Part shown: positions 27,681 through 41,900 of the stretch, one piece after another
Layout: every line of letters begins with the position of its first letter
How positions within the stretch are numbered: position 1 is the first letter of the stretch
Position numbers and translations under genes: made by a program
Notes under the pieces: generated by a model
The model's input: the letters and a program-made list of their open reading frames with translations, nothing else
The model's database searches: none
What the model was told of the DNA's origin: nothing
Source of the DNA: Haliotis rufescens
Taxonomy: Eukaryota
Length of the DNA stretch: 64,000 nucleotides
Assembly (NCBI RefSeq): GCF_023055435.1
Contig: NW_025964372.1
Coordinates: 12,214,001-12,278,000 of the forward strand
Direction of reading: 5' to 3'

Positions 27681-28439
27681 CCCAATTTTTTTATAAAAGA
27701 AATGGATGCTTCAGACTGCTGAAAAATATAGCAGTTGCTGCCATAAAAATTACATTGTTGCAAGGGTTTTTTCTTTTTTTAACATTCAGGCTCATAGTTT
27801 TAAATAAAAAATATATCGGATTTGGTAGCTGTAGCTGAGAAAAAATAATATCTCCATACAAAATTTCTGCATAATTAGCAAAAGTACATCTGTGTACTGT
27901 TCCAATCAACTGACTGATAAAACACTTGCAAAAACAAAATCTCATCAATCTCTGATATTTGTGATAAGTGAAAGTTGAACCGAGGCGAGCGGGAAAAAAA
28001 CAGGCGAGCGAGCCTGCACGTTTGCTTTTTCATTCATTCTCGGCCTTCGGTCTCAAAGGGTAGTTTGGACAATGCATATTCATGAAAGTTGCTAAATGTC
28101 CTGTGCATGACGATACACGTGAGAAGAAAGGGAATTCCCTCGACTGTAATATTGGGATTCCACGACCTTCCGCAGTAATAAAAGTAGTGCGCCTCGGTGG
28201 GCGTGGCTTAATGTTAAATGTGGCTTAAATTGGGAAATGAATGCAATAACACGTGACCAATTCAGCTAATCAGAATGCAGGAATTTCAATGAACACAACG
28301 AAAATTTAATTATCTACTGTTATACGGCAAAGCAGATCACGGTGTTACATGAAATGAAGCTATATTTAAGGCAGTACAACATTATATATGTACAACTAAA
28401 AGATTTGTGTAAAGAACTGTTCATTCAACAACGCATCTC

Positions 28440-28700
28440 TCCCCTTCAAACTCCAGCTGAGCTAGAAATAAAAGAGACAAGTGAGACCGCCTCATCTGTT
28501 TCCCACTTAGATCTATGCATAAAGATTCAAAGTGACACAAAATATCCACACAAGAGGGATGACTTCAATTTTCCAATTGTCAACTTTCCCTTCATGTCGA
28601 GCAATATTCCAGCACCTCATTATATTCGTTCTTCAACACTGCGCCATTGGGCATCAGGTTTTGGAGTATCATTGCCCTTCATTAACACAATGACAAAGCT
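28440..28700 (+). mobile_element. Penelope-like retroelement RT remnant
   Basis: ELEIKETSETASSVSHLDL...KRDDFNFPIVNFPFMSSNIPA matches the RT C-terminal segment typical of invertebrate Penelope-like elements. Confidence 0.7.
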
Positions 28701-28880
28701 GCTATAGTGTTCAGTTATAAAGATGTAAAAACTGACACTTGTATGAGAAAATTAGGATGGCCGTGGAGTGGCATCAAGTCATCGCCTATGCTGCGATGTG
28801 GCAATGTTCCGATGAACGATGCTGTGTTCATCTGTAGCAGATGATTCATCAAATTGCAAGATATCAAGATTTCCATTATT

Positions 28881-31800
28881 AGGGCTCCAAGCCGAAAGGC
28901 TGTAGAGCCCTATTGTAATCGTTCGATTTATTATTATTATTATTTATTAGGGCTCCAAGCCGAAAGGCTGTAGAGCCCTATTGTAATCGTTCGATTTATT
29001 ATTTATTATTATTATTATTTATTATTCCGCCGTTTTTTGTTCCAGAGATAGCAGTTTAACCACTGGCTCGATTTTGTTCAAATTTTGTGTGTGTGTGCAA
29101 GTTGTTAGGTACCAGATACCACAAAAATTCCAAGGCCGTAGGCCCAATGGCCAAGGGCAGATAACTGAAAAACAAGTATTTTTTGAAGATATATTTCGCC
29201 TTATTGCTCCGCAACCGCTTGTCCGATTACTTTCAAACTTTACACATGTCTGCTGTTTAGGGTGCTTAACATTTTCTGTTCTTTGATCTTGGCCACTGGT
29301 CACGTGGTTTGGCAGCCATATTGGATTCAAAGTTTTTACGGGGTTTTGGGGGTACCTGTCTTCAAATCCTATCTCCTCTGAATCCAATGCATGAAATGCA
29401 TCCAAACTTTCCGAGTACTGTCTCCATACATATCACATCAAACTCTGTTAGCCGATTTTGGATATCTTTTTTAGTTGCTGCCATATTGGATTCAAGGTTT
29501 TCACAGGGTTTTTTGGGTACCTTTCTTCAAATACTATCTCCTCTGAATCCACTGCATGAAATGCTTTCAAACTTTCTGAGAATTGTCTCCACACATAACA
29601 CACCAAACTCTGTTAGCCGTTTTTGGATATCTGTCTTAGTGACGGCTCTGTTTGATTTTGATTTTGATGATTTCTTTCACCGAATTGTTCCTTTAAATAA
29701 AGATCACATCTTGTAAGGTTCTCCACAGAAACTATTGAAAGTTTACATGAAGTTAGTGTGCCATATGTACCTCATCTTTTGTTCTTGGTTGCATGCTAAA
29801 AGTAACACCGCCTGGTGGTAATATGGACAAAATACCGAATACATCGCTCAGAAAACCTAGGGTTATTTCCCTTTGACCGTCAAGTGTCTTTTGCAGTATG
29901 TATGCTGCCCTTGAAGATGAGGGTTAGAATTGGTCTTCAGCAACTCATGCTTGTCTCAAGAGGCGATTATCGGGATTCGAACATTGTCTGGGTGGTAAAT
30001 GGGTTAAGAACACTCTGGTTAACTCTGGCACACACCAATTTCGTAGTGGTGATGTCCTGCAAATGGTGACTATCTTTTGACGCAGTTGGTACAAGCAAAC
30101 CCTTTGAGGATTCGAACATGAGGATTCGAGGTCGGAAATGGGTTAAGAACACACTGGGACATATGTGGGGATGTCTCACAAACGGTTCCTTGCGTTTGAC
30201 GGCGTTGGTACAGGCAAACCTTATGCGGATTCGAACATGGTCGAAGTCAAACATGGGTTAAGAACACACTGGGACACATGTGGTGATGTCTGACAAGCGG
30301 TTCATTACATTTGACGGAGTTGGTACAGGCAAACCATTTGAGGATTCGAACATGGTCAAAGTCAAACATGGGTTAAGAACACACTGGGACACATGTGGTG
30401 ATGTCTGACATGCGGTTCATTACATTTGACGGCGATGGTACAGGCAAACCATTTGAGGATTCGAACATGGTCGAAGTCAAACATGGGTTAAGAACCCACT
30501 GGGACACACGTGGTGATGTCTGACAAGCGGTTCATTACATTTGACGGCGTTGGTACAGGCAAACCATTTGAGGATTCGAACATGGACGAGGTCGGAAACA
30601 GGTTTAGCACTTTATCTCAGCAATACCACATAAACCCGGGGCCCTGACGAACTCAGAACGCTCCTCCATTTGACTAGAGCTCAACTGACAAAGAAGTTAC
30701 AGTCTGGTTCAGAGTCACCAAGCCGAAAAGCTGAAGAGTCCCAGTGCTATTGTTCGATTTAATATTATTATTATTCCGCCGATTTTTGTACCAGAGCTAG
30801 CATAGTAACCACTGCCTCGATTCCATTGAAATTTTGTATGTGTATCCAGATACTTACGTACCAGATACCACACAAATTCCAAGGCCGTAAGCCCAAAGAC
30901 CAAGGGCAGATAACTGAAAAATAAGCAATTTTAAAAGCTATATTTTGCCCTATTGCTTCGCAACCGCTTGTCCAATTACTTTCAAACTTTAGATGTGTCT
31001 GCTGCTTTGGGTGCTTGACATTTGATGTTCTTTGACTTTGGTCAGTGGTCACGTGGTTTGGCAGCCATATTGGATTCAAGGTTTTCACAGGGTTTTTTGG
31101 TTACCTGTCTTCAAATCCTATCTCCTCTGAATCCACAGTCTGAATTGCATCCAAACTTTCTGAGAATTGTCTCCATACATTATACATTAAACTCTGTTAG
31201 CCGTTTTTGGATATCTTTCTTAGTAATCGCCCTATTGGATTTTGATTTTGATGATTTTTTTCACCGAAATTTTACTTGAAAGATCATATCTTGTAAGGTT
31301 TTCCACAGAAACTATTGAAAATTGACATGAAGTTAGTCTGACATGTATACCTCATCTTTTGTTCTTGGTTGCATGCTAAAAGTAACACCGCTTCGTGGTA
31401 ATATTTGATCAATATTTGGGACACCCCTGGGACACCCCTGGAACACGCCAATTCGTAGCAGCGATGTTAGGTGACAATTTTTGAACGGAGTTGGTACAAG
31501 CAAACCCTTTGAGGATTCGAACATGTTCAAGGTCGGAAATGGGTTTAGAACAGACTTGGATGCCACTGCACATGTCAATTTCGTAGCGGCGATGCCCTGC
31601 AAGTGCTGCCTACATTTGACGGATTTGGCACAAGGAAACCCTTTGAGGATTCGAACATGGACGTTTGTGCGCAGTGTTACTTGGAGCCCGCCATTGCTGC
31701 TAGCAGCTTTAATTATTATTATTATTATTATTTATTATTCCGCCGATTTTTGTACCTGCCCTAGCAAAATAACCACCGGCTCGATTTTGTTCAAATTTTG

Positions 31801-34334
31801 TGGGTGTTTGTAGACCGTTGGGTACTAGTGCCCGCCAAAAACCCTAGGGCGTAGGCCGAAAGGCCAAGGGCAGATAACTGAAAAACAAGTATTTTTTGAA
31901 GATGTATTTCGCCCTATTGCTCCGCAACCGCTTATCCGATTACTTTGAAACCTTGCATGTATCTGCTGCTTTAGTTCTTTGATATTTTTTGTTCTTTGAC
32001 TTTGGTCATTGATCACGTGGTTTGGCAGCCATATTGGATTCAAGGTTTTCACAGGGTTTTGGGGGTACCTGTCTTCAAATACTATCTCCTCTGAATCCAC
32101 TGCATGAAATGCTTTCAAACTTTCTGAGAATTGTCTCCATACAGAACACAACAAATAAGCATAGCCGTTTTTGGATATCTTTTTTAGTTGCGGTCATATT
32201 GGATTTTGATTTTGATCATTTTTTTCACCGAAATGTTACTTTTAAGATCATAACTTGTAAGGTTCTTAACAGAAACTATTGAAAGTTTGCATGAAGCTTT
32301 GAGACTATATGTAGCTCATTTTGTTCTGGGTTGCATACTGAAAGCACCACTGCTTGGTGTAGTATTATTTGATTTAAGTTAAAAATCAGACTTGAGTACA
32401 AATACTGAAGGAAGCGCCTCATAAATCTACCAAACACCCCCATTCACTGGCTTTGCAAGCGTTCTCCACAGTCTTGTTCAGTATTATGTGTACTACCCTT
32501 GACGACCAGGATTAGAATTGGCCTTTTTCAACCGATGCTTGTCTCAAGAGGCAACTATGCTTGTCACAGGAGGCGACTAATCGGATCGGGTGGTCAGACT
32601 CGCTGACTTGGTTCTTCATTTTTCAATTGCCAATTGCTATGGTACCTTATTTTTGACGGCCTTGTTAAAAGCAAACCATTTGCGGATTAGAATATGGAGG
32701 TTGGAAATTGGTTTAGTACACTCTGGGAAACTGTGGCACACGCCAATTTGGTAGCGGCAATGTCCTGAAAACGGTGACTATCTTTTGACGGAGTTGGTAC
32801 AAGCAAACCATATGCGGATTCGAACATGGTCGAAGTCAAACATGGGTTAAGAACACACTGGGACACATGTGGGGATGTCTCACAAGCGGTTTATTACATT
32901 TGATGGCGTTGGTACAACCAAACCATTTGGAGATTCGAACATGGTCGTAGTCGGACATGGGTTAAGAACACACTGGGACACATGTGGTGATGTCTCACAA
33001 GCGGTTTATTACATTTGACGACGTTGGTACAAGCAAACCATATGCGGATTCGAATATGGTCGAAGTCAAACATGGATTGAGAACACACTGGGACACATGT
33101 GGTGATGTCTCACAAGCGCTTCCTTACATTTGATGGCGTTGGTACAAGCAAACCATTTGAGGATTCGAACATGGTCGAAGTTGGAAATTGGTTAAAACAT
33201 CCTGGGGCACATGTCAATTTAGTGGTGGTGATGTCTCACAAGAGGTTCCTTACATTTGACGGCATTGGTACAGGTAAACCCTTTCAGGATTCGAATATAT
33301 GAACGAGGTGGGAAAGAAGTTTAGTACTTTATCTCAGCAATGCGACAGGAACCTGGGGCCCCGACGAACGCAGAACGCTAATCCGTTTGACTGGAGCCCA
33401 ACTGACAAAGAAGTTACGGCCTGTTAAAGAGTAACCAAGCTCGATTTTGTTCACATTTTGTGTGTGTATGTGGACCGTCGGGTACTAGTGCCCGCCATAA
33501 ACCCAAGGACGTAGACCTAAAAGCCAAGGGCAGATAACTAAAAGAACAGAATATTTTGAAGATGTATTTCGCCCTATTGCTCCGCAACCGCTTATCCGAT
33601 TACTTTGAAACCTTGCATGTATCTGCTGCTTGAGCTGCTTGACTTTTTTTGTTCTTTGACTTTGGTCATTGGTCACATGGTTTGGCAGCCATATTGGATT
33701 CAAGGTTTTCATAGTGTTTTGGGGGTACCTGTCTTCAAATGCAAACAACTTTGAATCCACTGCATGAAATGCTTTCAAACTTTCTGAGAATTGTCTCCAT
33801 ACATACATGTAACACATCAAACTTTAATAGCCGATTTCGGAATTCTTTTTTAGTTAGGGCCATATTGGATTTTGATTTTGATAATTTTGTTCAACGAAAT
33901 TTTGCTTTAAAGATCATATCTTGTAAGGTTCTCCACAGAAACTATTGCAAGTTTACATGAAGTTAGTGTGCCATATGCATCTCATTTTTTGTTATTGGTT
34001 GTATGCTAAAAGTAACACCGCTTGGTGGTAATATTTGATTTATATTTGGGACACCCCTGGAACACGCCAATTTCGTAGCGGCGATTTACGGTGACTATCT
34101 TTTGACAGAGTTGGCACAAGCAAACCTTTTATGGATTCGAACATGATTGAGGTCGGAAATGGTTTAAAAACAGACCTGGACCCGCTGGCACACGCCAATT
34201 TCCTAGCGACGATACCCTGCAAGTGGTGCCTACATTTGACGGATTTGGTTCAAGGAAACCCTTTGAGGATTCGAACATGGACGTTTGGGCACAGTGTTAC
34301 TTGGAGCCCGCCATTGCTGCTTGCAGCTTTAATT
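28881..34334 (+). mobile_element. Tandem non-autonomous Helitron/Helentron-like (HINE-type) composite
   Basis: 5' hairpin AGGGCTC...GAGCCCT, (ATT)n, four long related core units (starting about 29020, 30770, 31735, 33437), and 3' subterminal IR TTGGAGCCC plus GCTGC-nn-GCAGC stem-loop at 31681-31713 and 34301-34334; T-rich flanks, no TSD seen. Confidence 0.75.
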
Positions 34335-34721
34335 TATTTTGTTATTACATTAACATTAAAAGCTGAATCAAAGATACAAATCTATACTTCATTCCTCAAA
34401 CAATAAAATGGTGACGCCTATCCATGGCCAGACCAGAAAACTTGTGTTCCCAATGTGTTCCTCAATGCTACTTTCATCCCTACTTGTGCCACAAATAGAC
34501 CCAGGCACATGGCGGGATATAATAATTGTAATAACCAATCGTTAGGTATCAATCATGCATCAAACACATTGGACGTGCAGAAGCGAATACGTGTCTGGAT
34601 TTAGTTTTACACTGATGCGCACATATGACCATTTATAGTGCGACTAGTATCACTTTGTTTGACAATCTGACTTTTTTTTAGCATTGGTAATGCATTGTTT
34701 GATATTCTATCACCAGAGAAA

Positions 34722-34823
34722 CTAACTGGCCATAACGAATCTCTCCCTCCTGTCCTTAGTGACCAGGTCTTTGCCAGTGCTGTCCCAGGGCACGGAACAT
34801 TCCATGATCGCAGTGTCCGCCAC
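34722..34823 (-). CDS. PhyH-family dioxygenase, exon 9 (last coding exon)
   Basis: TTGCAG acceptor; VADTAIMECSVPWDSTGKDLVTKDRRERFVMAS then TAG; the nine exons sum to 855 bp (284 aa + stop). Confidence 0.8.
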   Translation of the reverse strand: MADTAIMECSVPWDSTGKDLVTKDRRERFVMAS

Positions 34824-34883
34824 CTGCAACACGACACACGGACAGGTTGCTGTATTCTGTCAGAGATAAACGTGCTTGACTAA

Positions 34884-35500
34884 GGGGTGAAATACGGGTG
34901 GACATATACTGCCTCAGGCTGCTGTACCTGTGTCAAAGGGGTGTAATACGGGTGGAGATGCACTGGCTCAGGCTGCTGTACTTGTGTCAGAGGGGTGAAA
35001 TACGGGTGGAGATGCACTGACTCAGGCTGCTGTACTTGTGTCAGAGGGGTGAAATACGGGTGGAGATGCGCTGATTCAGGCTGCTGTACCTGTGTCAAAG
35101 GGGTGTAATACGGGTGGAGATGCACTGGCTCAGGCTGCTGTACCTTTGTCAGAGGGGTGAAATACGGGTGGAGATGCACTGACTCAGGCTGCTGTACTTG
35201 TGTCAGAGGGGTGAAATACGGGTGGAGATGCGCTGATTCAGGCTGCTGTACCTGTGTCAGAGGGGTGAAATACGGGTGGAGATGCGCTGATTCAGGCTGC
35301 TGTACCTGTGTCAGAGGGGTGAAATACGAGTGGACATATACTGACTCATGTTACTGTACCTGTGTCAGAGGGGTGAAATACGAGTGGACATATACTGACT
35401 CATGCTACTGTACCTGTGTCAGAGGGGTGAAATACGAGTGGACATATACTGACTCATGCTACTGTACCTGTGTCAGAGGGGTGTAATGCGGATGCAGATG
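34884..35500 (-). repeat. 54-bp minisatellite derived from the PhyH exon 8 donor junction
   Basis: About 11 copies; translates HLHPYFTPLTQVQQPESV versus the exon end HLHPHYTPLTQ|GTACAG. Confidence 0.93.
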
Positions 35501-35619
35501 CTCCTTCACAGGATTGTTGCTGGCTTTGTTGTAGGCACACAGGAACGCCCACCGCCTCGTGTCACTGTTGTTGGCACTTGAGGTGTGTATCACATTGCCA
35601 TGGAAGTACAGGGCGTCAC
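35468..35619 (-). CDS. PhyH-family dioxygenase, exon 8 (distal His and 2OG-binding Arg)
   Basis: TACCAG acceptor, CAG|GTACAG donor; GDALYFHGNVIHTSSANNSDTRRWAFLCAYNKASNNPVKEHLHPHYTPLTQ (GD..F....H.S..N.S...R motif). Confidence 0.92.
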
Positions 35620-35773
35620 CTGGTAGGGTTATGACAGACAAACATAAACTGTTTCAGACAGTAACTTCTGATGTGTATGCCTCTCGGTTTGGTATGTTCA
35701 GAAGCTGATGCGCTACCGCAATATTTTGAATGACAAGTCAATAGAGACTGACAACATTTTAAAAAAGATTTAC

Positions 35774-35903
35774 CTGGGTTAAGCTCTATATAGAGGTGCT
35801 CACACACTTTGCTAATCTCTGCAACTCTGTCCGCGTCAGCTCCTATCTGGCGGCCGACAACACCGTGATCCACACGACCACATAAGTGTGATCCCGACAA
35901 TAT
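35774..35903 (-). CDS. PhyH-family dioxygenase, exon 7
   Basis: TTTCAG acceptor, CAG|GTAAAT donor; ILSGSHLCGRVDHGVVGRQIGADADRVAEISKVCEHLYIELNPG (GSH motif). Confidence 0.92.
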
Positions 35904-35915
35904 CTGAAATGCAAA

Positions 35916-38900
35916 CCAACAACACACTGCAGAACTGCACGGTGATCAGCACAGCTAATACTACACTATAGAACTACACGGTGATCAGCACAGCTAACAC
36001 TACACTATAGAACTACACGGTGATCAGCACAGCTAACAATACACTATAGAACTACACGGTGATCAGCACAGCTAACAACACACTGTAGAACTACATGGTG
36101 ATCAGAACATCAACAACACACTGCAGAACTACATGGTGATCAGAACATCAACAACACACTGCAGAACTACACGGTGATCAGCACAGCCAACAATACACTA
36201 CAGAACTACACGGTGATCAGCACAGTCAACAATACACTATAGAACTACACGGTGATCAGCACAGCTAACAATACACTACAGAACTACACTGTGATCAGCA
36301 CAGCTAACAATACACTACAGAACTACACGGTGATCAGAACAGCCAACAATACACTGCAGAACTACACAGTGATCAGCACAACCAACTATACACTATAGAA
36401 CTACACGGTGATCAGCACAGCTAACAATACACTATAGAACTACACGTTGATCAGCACAGCTAACAATACACTCTAGAACTATACGGTGATCAGCACAGCC
36501 AACAATACACTACAGAACTACACTGTGATCAGCACACCTAACAATACACTATAGAATTATACGCTGATCAGCACAGCTAACAATACACTAGAGAACTACA
36601 GCGTGATCAGCACAGCCAACAATACACTATAGAACTACACGGTGATCAGCACAGCCAACAATACAATCCAGAACTACACCGTGATCAGCACAGCCAGCAA
36701 TACACTACAGAACTACAGGGTGATCAGCACAGGCCAACAATACACTATAGAACTACAGCGTGAACAGCACATCTAACAATACACTACAGAACTACACAGT
36801 GATCAGCACAACTAACAATAAACTACCGAACTACACGGTGATCAGCACAGCTAACAATACACTACAGAACCACACTGTGATCAGAACAGCAAACAATACA
36901 CTACAGAACAACACTGTGATCAGCACAACCAACAATACACTACAGAACAACACTGTGATCAGAACAGGCAACAATACACTATAGAACTACACTGTGATCA
37001 CAACAGCCAACAATACACTATAGAACTACAAGGTGATCAGCACAACCAACAATACACTACAGAACTACACCGTGATTAGAACAGCCAACAATACACTACA
37101 GAACTACACTGTGATCAGCACAGCCAACAATACACTACAGAACTACACGGTGATCACAACAGCCAACAATACACTACAGAACTACACCGTGATAAGCACA
37201 GCCAACAATACACTATAGAACTACACTGTGATCAGCACAGCTAACTATACACTACAGAACTACACGGTGATCAGCACAGGCCAACAATTCACTACAGAAC
37301 TACAGCGTGATCAGCACAGCTAATAATACACTATAGAACTACATTGTGATCAGCAGAGCTAACAATACACTCTAGAACTATACCGTGATCAGCACAGCCA
37401 ACAATACACTACAGAACTTCAGCGTGATCAGCACAGCTAACAATACACTACAGAACTACACTGTGATCAGCACAGCCAACAATACACTACAGAACTACAC
37501 TGTGATCAGCACAGCTAACAATACACTACAGAACTACACGGTGATCAGCACAGCCAACAATACACTACAGAACTACACCGTGATCAGCACAGCCAACAAT
37601 ACACTATAGAACTACACTGTGATCAGCACAGCTAACTATACACTACAGAACTACACGGTGATCAGCACAGGCCAACAATTCACTACAGAACTACAGCGTG
37701 ATCAGCACAGCTAATAATACACTATAGAACTACACTGTGATCAGCACAGCTAACAATACACTCTAGAACTATACCGTGATCAGCACAGCCAACAATACAC
37801 TACAGAACTTCAGCGTGATCAGCACAGCTAACAATACACTACAGAAATACACGGTGATCAGCACAGGAAACAACACACTGCAGAAGTACAGCGTGATCAG
37901 CACAGCTAACAATACACTACAGAAATACACGGTGATCAGCACAGCCAACAATACACTACAGAACTTCAGCGTGATCAGCACAGCTAACAATACACTACAG
38001 AACTACACTGTGATCAGCACAGCCAACAATACACTACAGAAATACACGGTGATCAGCACAGCCAACAATACACTACAGAAATACACGGTGATCAGCACAG
38101 CCAACAATACACTACAGAACTTCAGCGTGATCAGCACAGCTAACAATACACTACAGAACTACACTGTGATCAGCACAGCCAACAATACACTACAGAACTT
38201 CATCGTGATCAGCACAGCTAACAATACACTACAGAACTACACTGTGATCAGCACAGCCAACAATACACTATAGAACTACACGGTGATCAGTACACCTAAC
38301 AATACATTACAGAACTACACTGTGATCAGCACAGCCAACAATACAATCCAGAACTACACTGTGATCAGCCAGCGAACAATACACTATAGAACTACAGCGT
38401 GATCAGCACATCTAACAATACACTAAAGAACTACACGGTGATCAACACACCTAACAATACACTACCGAACTACACGGTGATCAGCCCAGCTAACAATACA
38501 CTACAGAACTACACTGTGATCAGAACAGCCAACAATACACTACAGAACTACACTGTGATCAGAACAGCCAACAATACACTACAGAACTACACTGTGATCA
38601 GAACAGCCAACAATACACTACAGAACTACACTGTGATCAGAACAGCTAACAATACACTATAGAACTACACCGTCATCAGCACAGCTAACAATACACTATA
38701 GAACTACACCGTCATCAGCACAGGTAACAATACACTACAGAACTACACGGTGATCAACACAACTAACAATACACTACCGAACTACACTGTGATCAGCCCA
38801 GCTAACAATACACTACAGAACTACACTGTGATCAGAACAGCCAACAATACACTACAGAACTACACTGTGATCAGAACAGCCAACAATACACTACAGAACA

Positions 38901-41900
38901 ACACTGTGATCAGCACAACCAACAATACACTACAGAACAACACTGTGATCAGAACAGGCAACAATACACTATAGAACTACACTGTGATCACAACAGCCAA
39001 CAATACACTATAGAACTACAAGGTGATCAGCACAACCAACAATACACTACAGAACTACACCGTGATTAGAACAGCCAACAATACACTACAGAACTACACT
39101 GTGATCAGCACAGCCAACAATACACTACAGAACTACACGGTGATCACAACAGCCAACAATACACTACAGAACTACACCGTGATAAGCACAGCCAACAATA
39201 CACTATAGAACTACACTGTGATCAGCACAGCTAACTATACACTACAGAACTACACGGTGATCAGCACAGGCCAACAATTCACTACAGAACTACAGCGTGA
39301 TCAGCACAGCTAATAATACACTATAGAACTACATTGTGATCAGCAGAGCTAACAATACACTCTAGAACTATACCGTGATCAGCACAGCCAACAATACACT
39401 ACAGAACTTCAGCGTGATCAGCACAGCTAACAATACACTACAGAACTACACTGTGATCAGCACAGCCAACAATACACTACAGAACTACACTGTGATCAGC
39501 ACAGCTAACAATACACTACAGAACTACACGGTGATCAGCACAGCCAACAATACACTACAGAACTACACCGTGATCAGCACAGCCAACAATACACTATAGA
39601 ACTACACTGTGATCAGCACAGCTAACTATACACTACAGAACTACACGGTGATCAGCACAGGCCAACAATTCACTACAGAACTACAGCGTGATCAGCACAG
39701 CTAATAATACACTATAGAACTACACTGTGATCAGCACAGCTAACAATACACTCTAGAACTATACCGTGATCAGCACAGCCAACAATACACTACAGAACTT
39801 CAGCGTGATCAGCACAGCTAACAATACACTACAGAAATACACGGTGATCAGCACAGGAAACAACACACTGCAGAAGTACAGCGTGATCAGCACAGCTAAC
39901 AATACACTACAGAAATACACGGTGATCAGCACAGCCAACAATACACTACAGAACTTCAGCGTGATCAGCACAGCTAACAATACACTACAGAACTACACTG
40001 TGATCAGCACAGCCAACAATACACTACAGAAATACACGGTGATCAGCACAGCCAACAATACACTACAGAAATACACGGTGATCAGCACAGCCAACAATAC
40101 ACTACAGAACTTCAGCGTGATCAGCACAGCTAACAATACACTACAGAACTACACTGTGATCAGCACAGCCAACAATACACTACAGAACTTCATCGTGATC
40201 AGCACAGCTAACAATACACTACAGAACTACACTGTGATCAGCACAGCCAACAATACACTATAGAACTACACGGTGATCAGTACACCTAACAATACATTAC
40301 AGAACTACACTGTGATCAGCACAGCCAACAATACAATCCAGAACTACACTGTGATCAGCCAGCGAACAATACACTATAGAACTACAGCGTGATCAGCACA
40401 TCTAACAATACACTAAAGAACTACACGGTGATCAACACACCTAACAATACACTACCGAACTACACGGTGATCAGCCCAGCTAACAATACACTACAGAACT
40501 ACACTGTGATCAGAACAGCCAACAATACACTACAGAACTACACTGTGATCAGAACAGCCAACAATACACTACAGAACTACACTGTGATCAGAACAGCCAA
40601 CAATACACTACAGAACTACACTGTGATCAGAACAGCTAACAATACACTATAGAACTACACCGTCATCAGCACAGCTAACAATACACTATAGAACTACACC
40701 GTCATCAGCACAGGTAACAATACACTACAGAACTACACGGTGATCAACACAACTAACAATACACTACCGAACTACACTGTGATCAGCACAGCTAACAATA
40801 CAATCCAGAACTACACCGTGATCAGCCAGCCAACAATACACTATAGAACTACACCGTGATCAGAACAGCCAACAATACACCACAAAACAACACGGTGATC
40901 ATCTTCCCGAGGCATGAGAGTTAACTGACTTTAAAAGTCCAGTTTCCACCCTTACCGAACTAGGCTGGAATTCCTGGTCTCGATCGGAGCGCCACCAGTG
41001 GCTATAACGAGTTATGTGGCTTCTGTGCCTCTCATATGAACCAATCAGATTCCACCCCTCGTATCACTTGCATTTGTTTCAAACAAAACGGCGGCGCCCA
41101 AGTCAAGATGATCTGATCGATAATCAAGATCTATATTGTGATAAAACGTGTCTTACATCGCGAAATGCATCACATCGCCGTAAGTACTTTGATGAAAAAC
41201 ATGAAAAGATTAAGAAAATATCTGTTGACAACGAGTTAGCGGTGCACATGCTTTGCAAATCCTGCAATCGACCGAAATCTGCTTGATAGTTTACGAACCG
41301 AATTTCGATTTCGGTGAGCGATTTTGATTGGACTATGTATAGACTTATTAGTCCAGCCAAAATGTAACTCCATAATACCAGCCTAGTTCGGCAAGGGTGG
41401 AAACTGGACTTTTTTAGTCAGTTAACTCACTTGCCTCGGGAAGATGCACGGTGATCAGCAGAGCCAACAATACACTAAAGAACTACACTATGATGAGTAC
41501 AGCCAACAATACACTACAGAACTACACCATGATGAGTACAGCCAACAATACACTACAGAACTACACCGTGATGAGTACAGCCAACAATACACTACAGAAC
41601 TACACCATGATGAGTACAGCCAACAATACACTACAGAACTACACCATGATGAGTACAGCCAACAATACACTACAGAACTATACCATGATGAGTACAGCCA
41701 ACAATACACTACAGAACTACATCGTGATGAGTACAGCCAACAATACATTAAAGAACTACACCATGATGAGTACAGCCAACAATACACAACAGAACTACAC
41801 CATGATGAGTACAGCCAGCAATACACTACAGAACTACACAATGATGAGTACAGCCAAATATACACTACAGAACTACACCATGATGAGTACAGCCAACAAT

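Noticed and set aside
29022-34406. Multiple 60-135-aa ORFs in the Helentron-like region
   Set aside because: No Rep/helicase motifs; the ORFs are incidental to the repeated non-coding core.
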